Origin: Alphaproteobacteria bacterium
GTDB lineage: Bacteria; Pseudomonadota; Alphaproteobacteria; JAQWUY01
Length of the DNA stretch: 64,000 nucleotides
Direction of reading: 5' to 3'
NCBI GenBank assembly: GCA_965276005.1
Contig: OZ254962.1
Location: 2,676,991-2,740,990 of the forward strand
Both the position numbers and the translations under genes were made by a program. This document shows, in pieces, positions 50,486 through 60,600 of this stretch; within the stretch, counting starts at the first letter, position 1; the number at the start of each line of letters is the position of its first letter. The notes beneath the pieces were generated by a model, which had not been told where the DNA came from, made no database searches, and saw only the letters and a program-made list of their open reading frames with translations.

Positions 50486-51285
50486 CTTTAACGCAAAACG
50501 CCTCTGACATTGCCAAACGGTTATTTGATGCGGATCGCAGCCGCAGGCAAATAGGCATTGTTAGCGAAGACAATCCGCATATGGACATGGACGATGCGTA
50601 TGTGGTGCAAGACGGGTTGGTACAGCATAAACTACAGGCGGGCTTGCAACATGTCGGCTGGAAGATTGGTTTAACCTCAAAAGCCATGCAATACGCCCTA
50701 AATATCGATATTCCTGATAGTGGTGTGTTGTTTGATGATATGCTGTTTGAAAATGGTTGCACTGTACCTGCAGAGCGGTTTATTCAGCCCCGTATCGAGG
50801 CAGAAATCGCCTTCGTGATGCAATCGGCGATAACGGGCGACACCATTAGCGAAGACGATATTTTAAATGCCACCGATTATATTGCCCCGTGTTTGGAAAT
50901 TCTCGACACCCGTATAGTGCGGCACAATCCCGCCACTGGTGCCCACCGTAAAATTTTTGATACTATTGCCGACAATGCGGCAAATGCAGGGGTTGTATTG
51001 GGGACGGAAAAGTTTTCTGCACACGCTATCGACATGCGGTGGGTGGGGGCGATTGTCAGCCGTGATGATGCGGTGGAAGAAACTGGACTAGGGGCGGGGG
51101 TATTAAACAATCCGGTCACTTCGGTGGTATGGCTTGCCAACCGTTTGGCGGCATATGGCAAGCATATTCGGGCGGGGGATATTGTCCTGTCCGGGTCGTT
51201 TATCCGCCCTGTCGAAGCCCCCAGCGGTAGCCGATTTTATGCGGATTTTGGCGACTTTGGGTCGGTGTGTTGTGATTTTGCCTAA
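50482..51285 (+). CDS. hpaH: 2-oxo-hept-4-ene-1,7-dioate hydratase
   Basis: GWKIGLTSKAMQ, PRIEAEIAF, DTIADNAANAG, LSGSFIRPV. Confidence 0.88.
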   Translation: MTLTQNASDIAKRLFDADRSRRQIGIVSEDNPHMDMDDAYVVQDGLVQHKLQAGLQHVGWKIGLTSKAMQYALNIDIPDSGVLFDDMLFENGCTVPAERFIQPRIEAEIAFVMQSAITGDTISEDDILNATDYIAPCLEILDTRIVRHNPATGAHRKIFDTIADNAANAGVVLGTEKFSAHAIDMRWVGAIVSRDDAVEETGLGAGVLNNPVTSVVWLANRLAAYGKHIRAGDIVLSGSFIRPVEAPSGSRFYADFGDFGSVCCDFA

Positions 51286-51297
51286 GGAAAGAAAACT

Positions 51298-52128
51298 ATG
51301 TCAGCACCTATGAATATATTTAAACACCGCTTAAAACAAGGCACGCCACAAATGGGGTGTTGGGCGGGTATGGGCGATGGGTATGCAACGGAAATCACCA
51401 GTACAGCGGGTTTTGATTGGTTGTTGATAGACGGGGAACACGCCCCTAATGACCTGCGAACCATTATGCAGCAATTGCAAATTGTCGAAAAATCGGCTAG
51501 CGAACCGGTGGTACGGTTGCCTGTGGGCGATCGGACTCTGATAAAACAAGTGCTTGATGTGGGGGCACAAACCCTGCTTATTCCTATGGTCGAGAGTGCC
51601 GAACAGGCACGGCAATTGGTGCAGTATATCCACTATCCACCCTTTGGCAAGCGGGGCGTGGGGGCATCGCTTGCTCGAGCGTCAGCGTTTTCAAAAATTC
51701 CTGTGGCGGCGTATCTACAAACCGCCGGCGATGAAATATGTTTGCTGGTGCAAATTGAAAGCAGAGCGGCACTCGATGCTTTGGACGACATTTTGACGGT
51801 GCAGGGCATCGATGGGGTGTTTGTCGGTCCCTCAGATTTGGCGGCGGATATGGGTTACATTGGCAATCCGTCCGTCCCCGAAGTACAACAGGCGGTGGTT
51901 ACCGCCCTAAACAAAATTATACACACCGATAAAGCGGCGGGGATTTTGACCACCGATTTAGACTTGGCACAGCAGTATATCCACATGGGGGCAACCTTTG
52001 TGGCAACGGGGGTTGATGTGATCGCATTTGCCACCGCTGTTCGCAGTCTTGCGGCAAAATCGCAAGCCCTTGTGGGGCGAACGGACGGTACAGACCCCAC
52101 AGATACACCGCCTTGTTCTGGATACTAA
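51298..52128 (+). CDS. hpaI: HpcH/HpaI family aldolase
   Basis: DWLLIDGEHAPND, VQIES, FVGPSDLAA. Confidence 0.88.
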   Translation: MSAPMNIFKHRLKQGTPQMGCWAGMGDGYATEITSTAGFDWLLIDGEHAPNDLRTIMQQLQIVEKSASEPVVRLPVGDRTLIKQVLDVGAQTLLIPMVESAEQARQLVQYIHYPPFGKRGVGASLARASAFSKIPVAAYLQTAGDEICLLVQIESRAALDALDDILTVQGIDGVFVGPSDLAADMGYIGNPSVPEVQQAVVTALNKIIHTDKAAGILTTDLDLAQQYIHMGATFVATGVDVIAFATAVRSLAAKSQALVGRTDGTDPTDTPPCSGY

Positions 52129-52147
52129 TAGACGGGTAGGGGGAATT

Positions 52148-52531
52148 ATGCCACATTTTATCGCCGAATATTCACCAAACATAGCCGATATTATCGATTT
52201 CGATGGGTTGTTTACAGCGGTTATCGACACGATGCAACAAACGGGTATATTTCCATTGGCAGGCATTCGCTGTCGGGCGTCTGCCGCCAGCCACTACCGC
52301 ATCGCCAACGGCGATAAAAAGTTTGGCTATATCCATATGACCTTAAAAATTGGGGCGGGACGGGACAGTGCCAGCCAAAAAACGGCAAGCGACAAAATAT
52401 TTGCCACTATAACCGCCCAATTACAGCCCCTATACGATACGCATTTGGTGGCTATATCGTTCGAAGTGATCGAGCTACCCCCCATATTAAATTACAAGAA
52501 AAATAACATTCATAAATATCTGGAATCTTAA
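52148..52531 (+). CDS. hpaF: 5-carboxymethyl-2-hydroxymuconate delta-isomerase
   Basis: MPHFIAEYS (Pro2 tautomerase fold), FPLAGIRCR, KIGAGR, KKNNIH. Start moved to 52148. Confidence 0.88.
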   Translation: MPHFIAEYSPNIADIIDFDGLFTAVIDTMQQTGIFPLAGIRCRASAASHYRIANGDKKFGYIHMTLKIGAGRDSASQKTASDKIFATITAQLQPLYDTHLVAISFEVIELPPILNYKKNNIHKYLES

Positions 52532-52543
52532 CTCCCCCCGTTC

Positions 52544-52569
52544 CCCCACCCTTAGTAAAAAGGGTGGGG
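52544..52569. terminator. Hairpin between convergent hpaF and a small ORF
   Basis: CCCCACCCTT-AGTAAA-AAGGGTGGGG. Confidence 0.65.
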
Positions 52570-52579
52570 TAATAGGGAT

Positions 52580-52777
52580 TTAGGTTAAGGTAACTGGTGT
52601 ATGTAAAACATGTTTTACAATATGTTCTGTATCGTGTCTGTTGTTTGCTGTTCCTGAGAACTGGCTCGTGCTAGGGGATACAATGCTGCTAATAGATATA
52701 GTTCGGCGGAGAACGCTGGCATAAGACACAGCCAACAGTGCAAACCTAATGCTATTTTGTCGAAACGCCTTATTCAT
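52580..52777 (-). CDS. Hypothetical 65-aa ORF with an N-terminus resembling the TPS-protein leaders
   Basis: SIRFALLAVS versus SVKFALLAVS (22038) and SIKFALLAIS (57639). Confidence 0.35.
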   Translation of the reverse strand: MNKAFRQNSIRFALLAVSYASVLRRTISISSIVSPSTSQFSGTANNRHDTEHIVKHVLHTPVTLT

Positions 52778-52808
52778 AACTTTTCATCTTGCAACTACAT
52801 CACTTAAC

Positions 52809-53002
52809 CATCGCCCCCCATTCAGGGCTTGTTCAAATTACACATACATCGCCCGCTTATCCGGGCTTGCCTAAATTTACCTGCACACTGCCCACACACT
52901 CGGGGCTCTCCTAAACTATTCTCGCACCACCCACATATTTAGAGTTTTTCTAAACTGTCCCTGCATCGCCTAGTCCTTTGGGGTTGCCCAGTTTCTTGGG
53001 GC
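52809..53002. repeat. Five degenerate 38-39-bp tandem units, non-coding
   Basis: Units start at 52809, 52847, 52886, 52925 and 52964; consensus CAYYRCCC-N7/8-GGGCT..CYAAA; no frame stays open across the array. Confidence 0.65.
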
Positions 53003-53079
53003 TTGTGCGAACCTATGTGTGACATTGTAGCATGTATGGATATTTTGTGCAAGCGGTTTTTTTATGAAACAATCAGCTG

Positions 53080-53445
53080 TTATTTTATGGTATTTCGCTT
53101 GCTGGGGGCAAAGCACAAATACAACCACAACACAACATTTATCCCCCCCACCAACAACAGCAACGCCCACCATGGGCTGTGTTGCAAATCCCGTAATCGC
53201 TTACTGGAAATAATAAGCAGATAAAAAATACCAGCTGCGTATATGGCGATGACCACAAATACCATAATGTCGATACGGGGCAATGTGGGTATGGCACTTG
53301 GGGGGGTATATGTAAACCCCATATGCGGCAATTGTATCATAGCATTGCTTATAGCAAAGTACCATAAAAATACTATCACTGCGATGCATACCAGTGCATG
53401 TAAAATATATTGTAGACGGTTTAGCTTTCCTGCGAATAAAGACAT
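53080..53445 (-). CDS. DUF805-like membrane protein
   Basis: GKLNRLQY, SKRLRDLQHSPWWALL; start at 53445 after GGGGGG. Confidence 0.75.
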   Translation of the reverse strand: MSLFAGKLNRLQYILHALVCIAVIVFLWYFAISNAMIQLPHMGFTYTPPSAIPTLPRIDIMVFVVIAIYAAGIFYLLIISSKRLRDLQHSPWWALLLLVGGINVVLWLYLCFAPSKRNTIK

Positions 53446-53712
53446 GGTATTCCCCCCTTTTGCGATTTCCCTTCGGGATAAACAACACATTTTGTATGAA
53501 GCGGTTGTATTGTATAAAGATGTAACAATTTTGTTAAACACATGAACCTGTGCAGTGTACCATAAATTGGGATAAAGCACAATAATATTTTCTGTAATAT
53601 TTTCTGTTATTATAGAGCGGATAATAAAATATCTTTTGTATTGTCATGTATACATTTTGTTGTTATACTGCACTTTAAATTTTGTTTAGGGTATAGTAAT
53701 AGGATTATATTT

Positions 53713-54876
53713 ATGTTGTATCGTGTGTTGGTGGTTATATTTTTGTCGTGTACGACTGTGGTATACGCAAACCAGAGACAAGCGGATTTGTTGGAATCTG
53801 GGTACCAAATGCACAATTCGGGGGATTTTCAAGGGGCGATAAAAGTGTTTACCGTTTTGGCGGAACAGGGCAATGCGGAGGCACAGTTTTCTTTGGGAAT
53901 TATGTATGTAGACGGTCAAGGGGTTGCCCGGGATTACATCAAAGGTATATACTGGTGGCAAAAATCTGCTTCGCAGGGCTTTGCCGAAGCCCAGTACAAC
54001 TTGGGTGTATTGTACGAAGTGGGCAAAGGTGTAGACCAAGACTTTGCCAAAGCCGTACACTGGTGGCGAAAGGCAGGGGAACAGGGATTGCCACATGCAC
54101 AGTATAACTTAGGCGTGTTTTACGAAACGGGCAAAGGCGTTGCACAAGACTATGCACAGGCAAAATATTGGTGGGAAAAAGCCGCCAAAAATGGCTTGGT
54201 ACAGGCGGAGTATAGTTTGGGGTCGATGTACTATTTCGGTGCTGGCACCAAACAAGATTACAGCAAAGCCGCATACTGGTACACCAAAGTAGCCACCAAA
54301 GGATATGTGGAGGCTCAGTACCGATTGGGCGTGTTATATGCTATGGGGCTGGGGGTTAAAAAAGACTATAAAACCACTGTACATTGGTGGCAAAATGCCG
54401 CTAAGCAAGGATACGCCCCCGCACAGGGGGATTTAGGGTCGATGTATTATTATGGGCATGGGGTCGGTAAAAACTATGAACAAGCTGTATATTGGTACTA
54501 TCAGGCGGCGGAACAAGGCAACGCCAAAGCCCAATACAGTCTAGGCGATATGTATGCCAACGGATACGGGGTAAGCAAAGACTCTAAACACGCTATGTAT
54601 TGGTATATCAAAGCGGCAGAACAAGGCGACCCGCAAATGCAATATAACTTAGCCACCATATATTATTATGGCAATGGGGTACCCCAAAATTATAAAAATG
54701 CCGCCTACTGGTTTTTTCAGTCGGCAAAACAAGGACATGCGGAGGCTCAGTACAATTTGGGCTTGATGTATTATCACGGATACGGGGTGGCAGAAAACCC
54801 AGAAAAAGCAAGAGCATGGTGGAAAAAAGCCGCCGCACAAGGACACAAAGACGCCCAGTATAATTTAGGGGTGTAA
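53713..54876 (+). CDS. Secreted Sel1-like repeat protein
   Basis: Signal peptide; nine complete 36-aa AQYxLGxxYxxGxGVxxDYxxAxxWxxxAAxQG repeats plus a partial tenth. Confidence 0.92.
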   Translation: MLYRVLVVIFLSCTTVVYANQRQADLLESGYQMHNSGDFQGAIKVFTVLAEQGNAEAQFSLGIMYVDGQGVARDYIKGIYWWQKSASQGFAEAQYNLGVLYEVGKGVDQDFAKAVHWWRKAGEQGLPHAQYNLGVFYETGKGVAQDYAQAKYWWEKAAKNGLVQAEYSLGSMYYFGAGTKQDYSKAAYWYTKVATKGYVEAQYRLGVLYAMGLGVKKDYKTTVHWWQNAAKQGYAPAQGDLGSMYYYGHGVGKNYEQAVYWYYQAAEQGNAKAQYSLGDMYANGYGVSKDSKHAMYWYIKAAEQGDPQMQYNLATIYYYGNGVPQNYKNAAYWFFQSAKQGHAEAQYNLGLMYYHGYGVAENPEKARAWWKKAAAQGHKDAQYNLGV

Positions 54877-54970
54877 CGGTGCAGTGGGTGTCGAGATGCG
54901 GAGGTATTGTGGCAAATCTTTCCTTAATTTTAAACACCCGTATAACCAAACTTAAAAATTGGTAAACCAT

Positions 54971-55579
54971 ATGAAATACACTGTATATGCTATCACCGAC
55001 AGCCGTTGGGACTTGTCGACTATGTTGGACAAAGTCTCGCAAGCGGTGCAGGGGGGAATCGATGTGTTGCAATATCGCCCCAAAAATATGGACACCCTCG
55101 ATATGGTAAAACAAGCACAGGCGTTACAACAGATTTTGACACCTGCGGGGGTGCCGTTAATTATCAATGATTTTTGCGATGTTGCCAAAGTGGTCGATGC
55201 GGACGGTGTGCATTTGGGACAAAGCGATATGCCCCCCGCATCCGCACGGGCGTATTTGGGGGATGGTAAAATTATCGGTTTGTCTGTGGGCAGTGATTTA
55301 GAGCTTAGAAACTTAGATGTATCGGTGGTCGATTATGTGGGCATTGGGGCTGTTTATGCTACTGCCACCAAAACCGATGCAGGCGATGCCATTGGGGTTG
55401 CAGGATTTAAACGGTTGCGGGATAACATCCTTATTCCCTGTGTGGGTATTGGGGGGATAACCGTACAAAATGCAAAACCGGTTTTCGATGCCGGTGCTGA
55501 TGGCGTAGCGGTTATAAGCGGCTTATTCGATAGCCAAAACATCGCCAAAACCGCTCGACATTTTCGTCGATGCGTATAA
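54971..55579 (+). CDS. thiE: Thiamine-phosphate synthase
   Basis: VLQYRPK, LIIND, GVHLGQSD, ATATKTDA, GIGGI, AVISG. Confidence 0.93.
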   Translation: MKYTVYAITDSRWDLSTMLDKVSQAVQGGIDVLQYRPKNMDTLDMVKQAQALQQILTPAGVPLIINDFCDVAKVVDADGVHLGQSDMPPASARAYLGDGKIIGLSVGSDLELRNLDVSVVDYVGIGAVYATATKTDAGDAIGVAGFKRLRDNILIPCVGIGGITVQNAKPVFDAGADGVAVISGLFDSQNIAKTARHFRRCV

Positions 55580-55582
55580 ACA

Positions 55583-56746
55583 TTATTTTTTACCTATGTT
55601 TGGAAAATACCGCAAGTATGCGTATACGGCAAACATAACCACCCCGCCGACAATATAAGGGGTCTTGGCTGTCCACAGGGTCATCAGTGCCGTTGCCACC
55701 GCAGGTCCAAGAATGCGGGCAAAAGCGTTAATCGATTGTAACAATGCCCCCATCCGTCCTCGATATGCAGGCGGGGCGATTTTCGAGGCGTAACTTTGCA
55801 GCGATGGGGTGTATAATCCATAGGCAATAGACATTAAAATCATCGGCACATACACGCCAAATATGTCGATACGGATTAACGACACCAAGCATGCAAACAA
55901 CATCACCACCCCCAATCGCACGGTGTGTAATTCGCCGATTTTGCCGACTGTGTAACCGACACATTTTCCCTGTACCAAGATGTTAAATATGCCGGCAAAG
56001 ATAAGAATAATCGCCACATCACGGGCGGAGGATCCGAATTGTTTGTACAGGTAAATGGCAAACGATCCCTCGACCATAGTAAATACAACTCCCATCACCA
56101 ACGCCAAGCCAATTATCGGGTGAAACTGTGGTTCTTGGAACAATTTTTTTAACGGGGTCTTGTCGCTGAGTACCAGTTTTTCTGGTTCCCACACGGCAAC
56201 AATAACGGTCATAGTCGACAACAACGCCAGTATGGATGAGGCAAAAAATGCCAATACAAACACATCTTCTCGAAATGCCAGTAATGCCCCTATCATCGGA
56301 CCGACAACGAAACCGACCGCAAAAAACGCCCCGATCATACCCATGCCTTTTGCCCGTTCTTGTTTGTTGGTAACATCGGCAATGTAGCCAAATGCGGCAA
56401 TGATAAAGCCCGCCATAATGCCCGCCACCGCCCGGGCGGCGTATATTTGCCACAGCGAATCGGCTACCGTCAACCACGCATAGGAAAAAGTGGTGCCGAT
56501 GGCACTGATACTGAGGACGAATTTTCGCCCTTTGGCATCGCAAATTTTACCCCAGAAAAAACTCGATACAAAGGCAAACAACGAGTAAGTAGAAAAAACC
56601 AACGGTGCCAGCGATTCGGACGCCCCCAGCGACAAGGCAAAGTGCGTCATAAGGGGAATAATTGTACCCACCGATAATCCCTGAAATAAAGTGGCTAAGC
56701 TTAACGCCCCAAGGCGTTGTTGTAGAGTCATATTCATAATGCACAT
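55583..56746 (-). CDS. MFS transporter (DHA1/TetA-like)
   Basis: GKICDAKGRK motif A, YIADVTNKQERAKGMG, GPMIG. Confidence 0.9.
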   Translation of the reverse strand: MCIMNMTLQQRLGALSLATLFQGLSVGTIIPLMTHFALSLGASESLAPLVFSTYSLFAFVSSFFWGKICDAKGRKFVLSISAIGTTFSYAWLTVADSLWQIYAARAVAGIMAGFIIAAFGYIADVTNKQERAKGMGMIGAFFAVGFVVGPMIGALLAFREDVFVLAFFASSILALLSTMTVIVAVWEPEKLVLSDKTPLKKLFQEPQFHPIIGLALVMGVVFTMVEGSFAIYLYKQFGSSARDVAIILIFAGIFNILVQGKCVGYTVGKIGELHTVRLGVVMLFACLVSLIRIDIFGVYVPMILMSIAYGLYTPSLQSYASKIAPPAYRGRMGALLQSINAFARILGPAVATALMTLWTAKTPYIVGGVVMFAVYAYLRYFPNIGKK

Positions 56747-56800
56747 AGTATAAGGGTTTTAATTTGAGTTGTCATTAGTTTTTTGTGGTAAAAAAAACAT

Positions 56801-56898
56801 CTTGACACCCTCCTCATTATTCCTTAATTATGGTGTCATTAAAAAACTGATTCATTTTTTACTTGACACCCTTCCCATTATCCCTTATTATGGCGTCA
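56801..56898 (+). promoter_or_regulatory. Tandemly duplicated ~38-bp promoter cassette, each copy bracketed by an inverted repeat
   Basis: CTTGACACCC...TTATGGYGTCAT at 56801 and 56862; TGACACC-N22-GGTGTCA and TGACACC-N21-GGCGTCA; copy 2 reads TTGACA-N17-TATTAT with ATG 6 nt after the -10. Confidence 0.65.
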
Positions 56899-57158
56899 TG
56901 GACAGCGTAGCACAGAAATTTATCGTCAGTATTATCGTTTTTGTAGGCGGTATTGTGGGGGCTGTTGGTACGGCGGTTTTAACTGATTGGGCGATGCATG
57001 TGTTTAGGAAGTCGAAAATCACGCATGATGAGCCGATGTTGGTTACAAAGTATATAGATGGCGATGAGACGCAGTGGGTAGAGTTTCGCCCTGTTTCGAA
57101 TCCGAATGTTTTGTGTATTGTGCTTCCGAAAGGGCAAATGCAGTGTGTAAAAGATTAA
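56898..57158 (+). CDS. Hypothetical 86-aa protein with an N-terminal TM segment
   Basis: FIVSIIVFVGGIVGAVGTAVL; probably leaderless start. Confidence 0.55.
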   Translation: MDSVAQKFIVSIIVFVGGIVGAVGTAVLTDWAMHVFRKSKITHDEPMLVTKYIDGDETQWVEFRPVSNPNVLCIVLPKGQMQCVKD

Positions 57159-57171
57159 AGGAGTATATGTT

Positions 57172-57279
57172 ATGATGGGATTGTATGTGGGATTAGCTAT
57201 GGCTATCACTGGGGCGGCTATGATGTCGTGGGGTATTATTACCTTGATTGATATGTATAAACGGGATGCGGATCGATAG
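57172..57279 (+). CDS. 35-aa single-TM peptide
   Basis: AAGGAG RBS 8 nt upstream; MMGLYVGLAMAITGAAMMSWGIITLIDMYKRDADR; not in the ORF track. Confidence 0.6.
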   Translation: MMGLYVGLAMAITGAAMMSWGIITLIDMYKRDADR

Positions 57280-57516
57280 GTGCATGCCCTAGTTGGGGGG
57301 AGACTCTAGTTGGGTGTGTGTCCGCATCGGTGTATGTACTAAATCTGAAAAAATGTTTCTTAGCAGGGGCATTTTTTTCGTTTTCTCGTCTTTTTATTTT
57401 CTTACGATATAGCCCTTTTATGGGCACCATTAACAAAAAAGTTGTATTTAAAATACACAATATCAACTAAAAATTGTTTTTTACGCAAAAAAAACGAAAA
57501 TATTTCAAGAATCTGG

Positions 57517-57547
57517 TTTTTTTTTTTTTTCGCAATTATGGTAACAT
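57517..57547 (+). promoter_or_regulatory. Putative promoter of TPS-like gene 2 with a T14 tract
   Basis: T14 (57517-57530) followed by CGCAATTATGGTAACAT, homologous to T9-CGCAGGTATGGTATCAT of gene 1. Confidence 0.45.
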
Positions 57548-57638
57548 GCGAATCGAAGCGTGCTGTACATGGCATTCGGTGCCTATAAAACAGCATTAAG
57601 TTCTTGTTAATTGTAAATGCGTAAAGGAATAGAAAACG

Positions 57639-60600
57639 ATGACGACGAAATCTATAAAATTTGCCTTGTTGGCAATATCTGCACTGGGTGCTGGTGGCAC
57701 TGTGTTTGCGAATACTTTACCACAGGGCGGTGTGGTGCAACAGGGGGCGGCTGGTATCCAGTATAGCGGCGACACCCTGAACATAAATCAGCAATCGGAT
57801 AAAGCGATTATCGATTGGAAAGATTTTTCTGTGGGTAGGGATAACACGGTAAACTTTAACCAACCCAGTAGCGATTCGGCAACCTTAAATCGGGTTACGG
57901 GCGATTTTACTTCGGAAATTGCTGGGCGGATTAACAGTAACGGCAGTGTGTTTTTGGTCAATCCCAATGGCATACGGATTACTGCGGACGGTGTTATCGA
58001 CACGGGCGGTTTTGTCGCCTCGACCCTAGACATAGACAACAACGATTTTTTGAATGGCGATTATACATTTACAAAAAGTGGTAGCAATGGCGTTGTTTCG
58101 AATCGGGGTAGTATTTCGGTCGATGATGGCGGTTTTGTGGCGTTGCTTGGTGGGGCGGTTAAAAACGATGGCACGGTTCGAGCCCTTGTGGGTAAAGTAG
58201 GCTTTGGCGGCGGCGAAAAGATTGTTATGTCATTTGGCAACAACGATTTTTTACGGGTCGAAGTGCCAACGGACACATGGGATAAACTCACCGATTCGCA
58301 AGGCAACAAAGTTTCGGCTACTGTCGATTTAGGCGGTACCATCGACTCACGGGGTGGATTTATCGATATAACCGTTGCCGATGCGTCCGATATTTTACGA
58401 CAAACGATTTCGATCGATGGTGTTGTATCCGCCAATACCGTATCTTCGACAGACGGGGTTATATCTATTAGTGGTGGTACGGTGGGGATTACCAGTAGTG
58501 GGCGAATCACTGCCGATGCGGATTATGGCGACGCCGGCACTATCGCCATCGAGGCGGATTCCATCGATAGCAGCGGTACAGTTTCGGCTGTGGCACAAAA
58601 TGGTATTGGAGGAAAAATTAAAATATCGTTACAACAGGGGGCGAACCTAAACGCTAGTACCCGTTTTGATGTGTCCGGTGGCACCAAAGGCGGCAGCTTG
58701 TCTTTTATTGGCGGATTGTCTGGTAAGGGCGGTACAAAAGTATTAGGCTCTGCAGATTTTAAAGCCGACAGTGCGGGCGGCAACGGCGGTACTATCGACA
58801 TCAGCACCAAAGGCGGCTTGGTGGGGCTGTTGTCCGGTACCGTATCTGCATCGGGCAAAACGCAAGGCGGACGGATTCGTCTAGGTGGGGCGTTTCAAGG
58901 GGGCGGGTATGACCCGAAAATCAGCCAGCTAGATAAACGCACCCAAAATTTATTTGTAACCCGTTGGCGGGATAATAATTCCCTTGTTAGTGCCGGCAAA
59001 ACTTCGTTAGGTACGGGCGTAAGAATCGATGTTTCGTCCCAATCGGGTACAGGCGGTACAGCGATTTTATGGGCGGATCATACCACAAACAATTATGCGG
59101 CTATCGATGCAACCGGTGCCACCGGCGGCGGAGCGGTGGAAATATCGGGCAAAAAACGGGTCGATAGTTTCGGTTTAAACCGTGTTACAGCAGGCAATGG
59201 GGTAATTTTACTCGACCCGAAAAATGTTGTTGTAGGCAAATGGGCATCCCCATTGGGACAAATAAAGAAGATTTCTAACGGTGCTTCTAGTGCTTCTAAT
59301 ATTAATGTTTCATTGAATAAGGATGATTTTTTTGGCAGCAGTATATCATTAAGCGATGATGGGTCGAAGATGGCTGTCGGGGCAGGGGGTACTGATGGCA
59401 ACAAGGGGGCGATATACCTGTATGAAGTTAGCGGATCCACATGGGGCGGTACGATAGTACAAAACAAAAAGATTGCCAATGATACTTCAATCACTGGATA
59501 TGATGGTAAGAATAAAAATCTTGTATTGAAGGCGGGTGAGGGGTTTAGTTTTAGTGTATCGTTAAGTGAAGATGGATCGAAGTTGGCTGTTGGTGCATAT
59601 GTTTATGGTATCAACAAAGGTGCGGTATATCTGTTTACTGTTGGCGGTGCCAAATGGGGAGATACGATAACGGAAAGTAAAGAGATTCTTAAGGATGGTG
59701 CCAATATTATTGTCAATAATAGTAATACTACACTTTCGTTGAGTGATTACGATAATTTTGGTTCGGGCGTATCTTTAAGCGGTGATGGGAATAAGTTGGC
59801 TGTTGGAGCAATGAGACCTGGCAAAGAAGGTAGGGTATATCTGTTTACTATTGGCGGTGTCAAATGGGGCGATACGATAACACAAAAGAAAAATTTTACA
59901 CATGGTAAAAGCGGTGATAATTTTGGTAACAGTGTATCCCTAAGCGATAATGGTGAAAAATTGGCTGTTGGGGCAACTATCTATGAGGATGAAGGGGGAG
60001 GTGCTGATCCTAAGCGTAGAGGTGCCGTGTATCTGTTTACTGTCGACTGGAGTAATGGTAACACAGCAGAAAAACTAAAAATTTCTAATGACCTTCCGGG
60101 TGTTTCGTTGAGTGAGAATGATAATTTTGGTTTTGGCGTATCGTTAAGCAATGATGGAAAAATGTTGGCTGTTGGTGCTATTAACGATGACGCAGGTGAT
60201 TCGGATGTAAATGCAAACAAGGGTGCAGTGTATCTGTATACTGTTACTTGGGGGAATAGTTCTGCAACAATATTGCCAGTAAAAAAGATTACGAACAGCG
60301 ATATTACATTGAAAAAACTTGATACCTTTGGTTCCGCTGTATCTTTAAGTGCCTATGGGACAAAATTAGCTGTGGGGGCGTATGGCGATGATGGTGTTAT
60401 AGGTGATAGTAGTGATGATGATGCGGGGGCTGTGTACTTGATAAATGTACGCCTTGATGTAGACGATTATAAACAACAATTGGAACAAGGTGCACAAGGT
60501 ACACATGTAACCCTTTTTGCCAGCAACGATATTACTATAAACAATGCTATAAATGCAACAAAAGGTAAATTAACCTTAATCGCTGGGCGATCGATCGACA

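Noticed and set aside
52809-53002. CRISPR or mini-CRISPR array
   Set aside because: The variable part is only 7-9 nt, the repeats are degenerate, and no cas genes are present. Kept as an unexplained repeat.
54877-54970. TPP riboswitch upstream of thiE
   Set aside because: Only GGGTG and ACCC fragments are present; the CUGAGA and GAACCUG core elements are missing.
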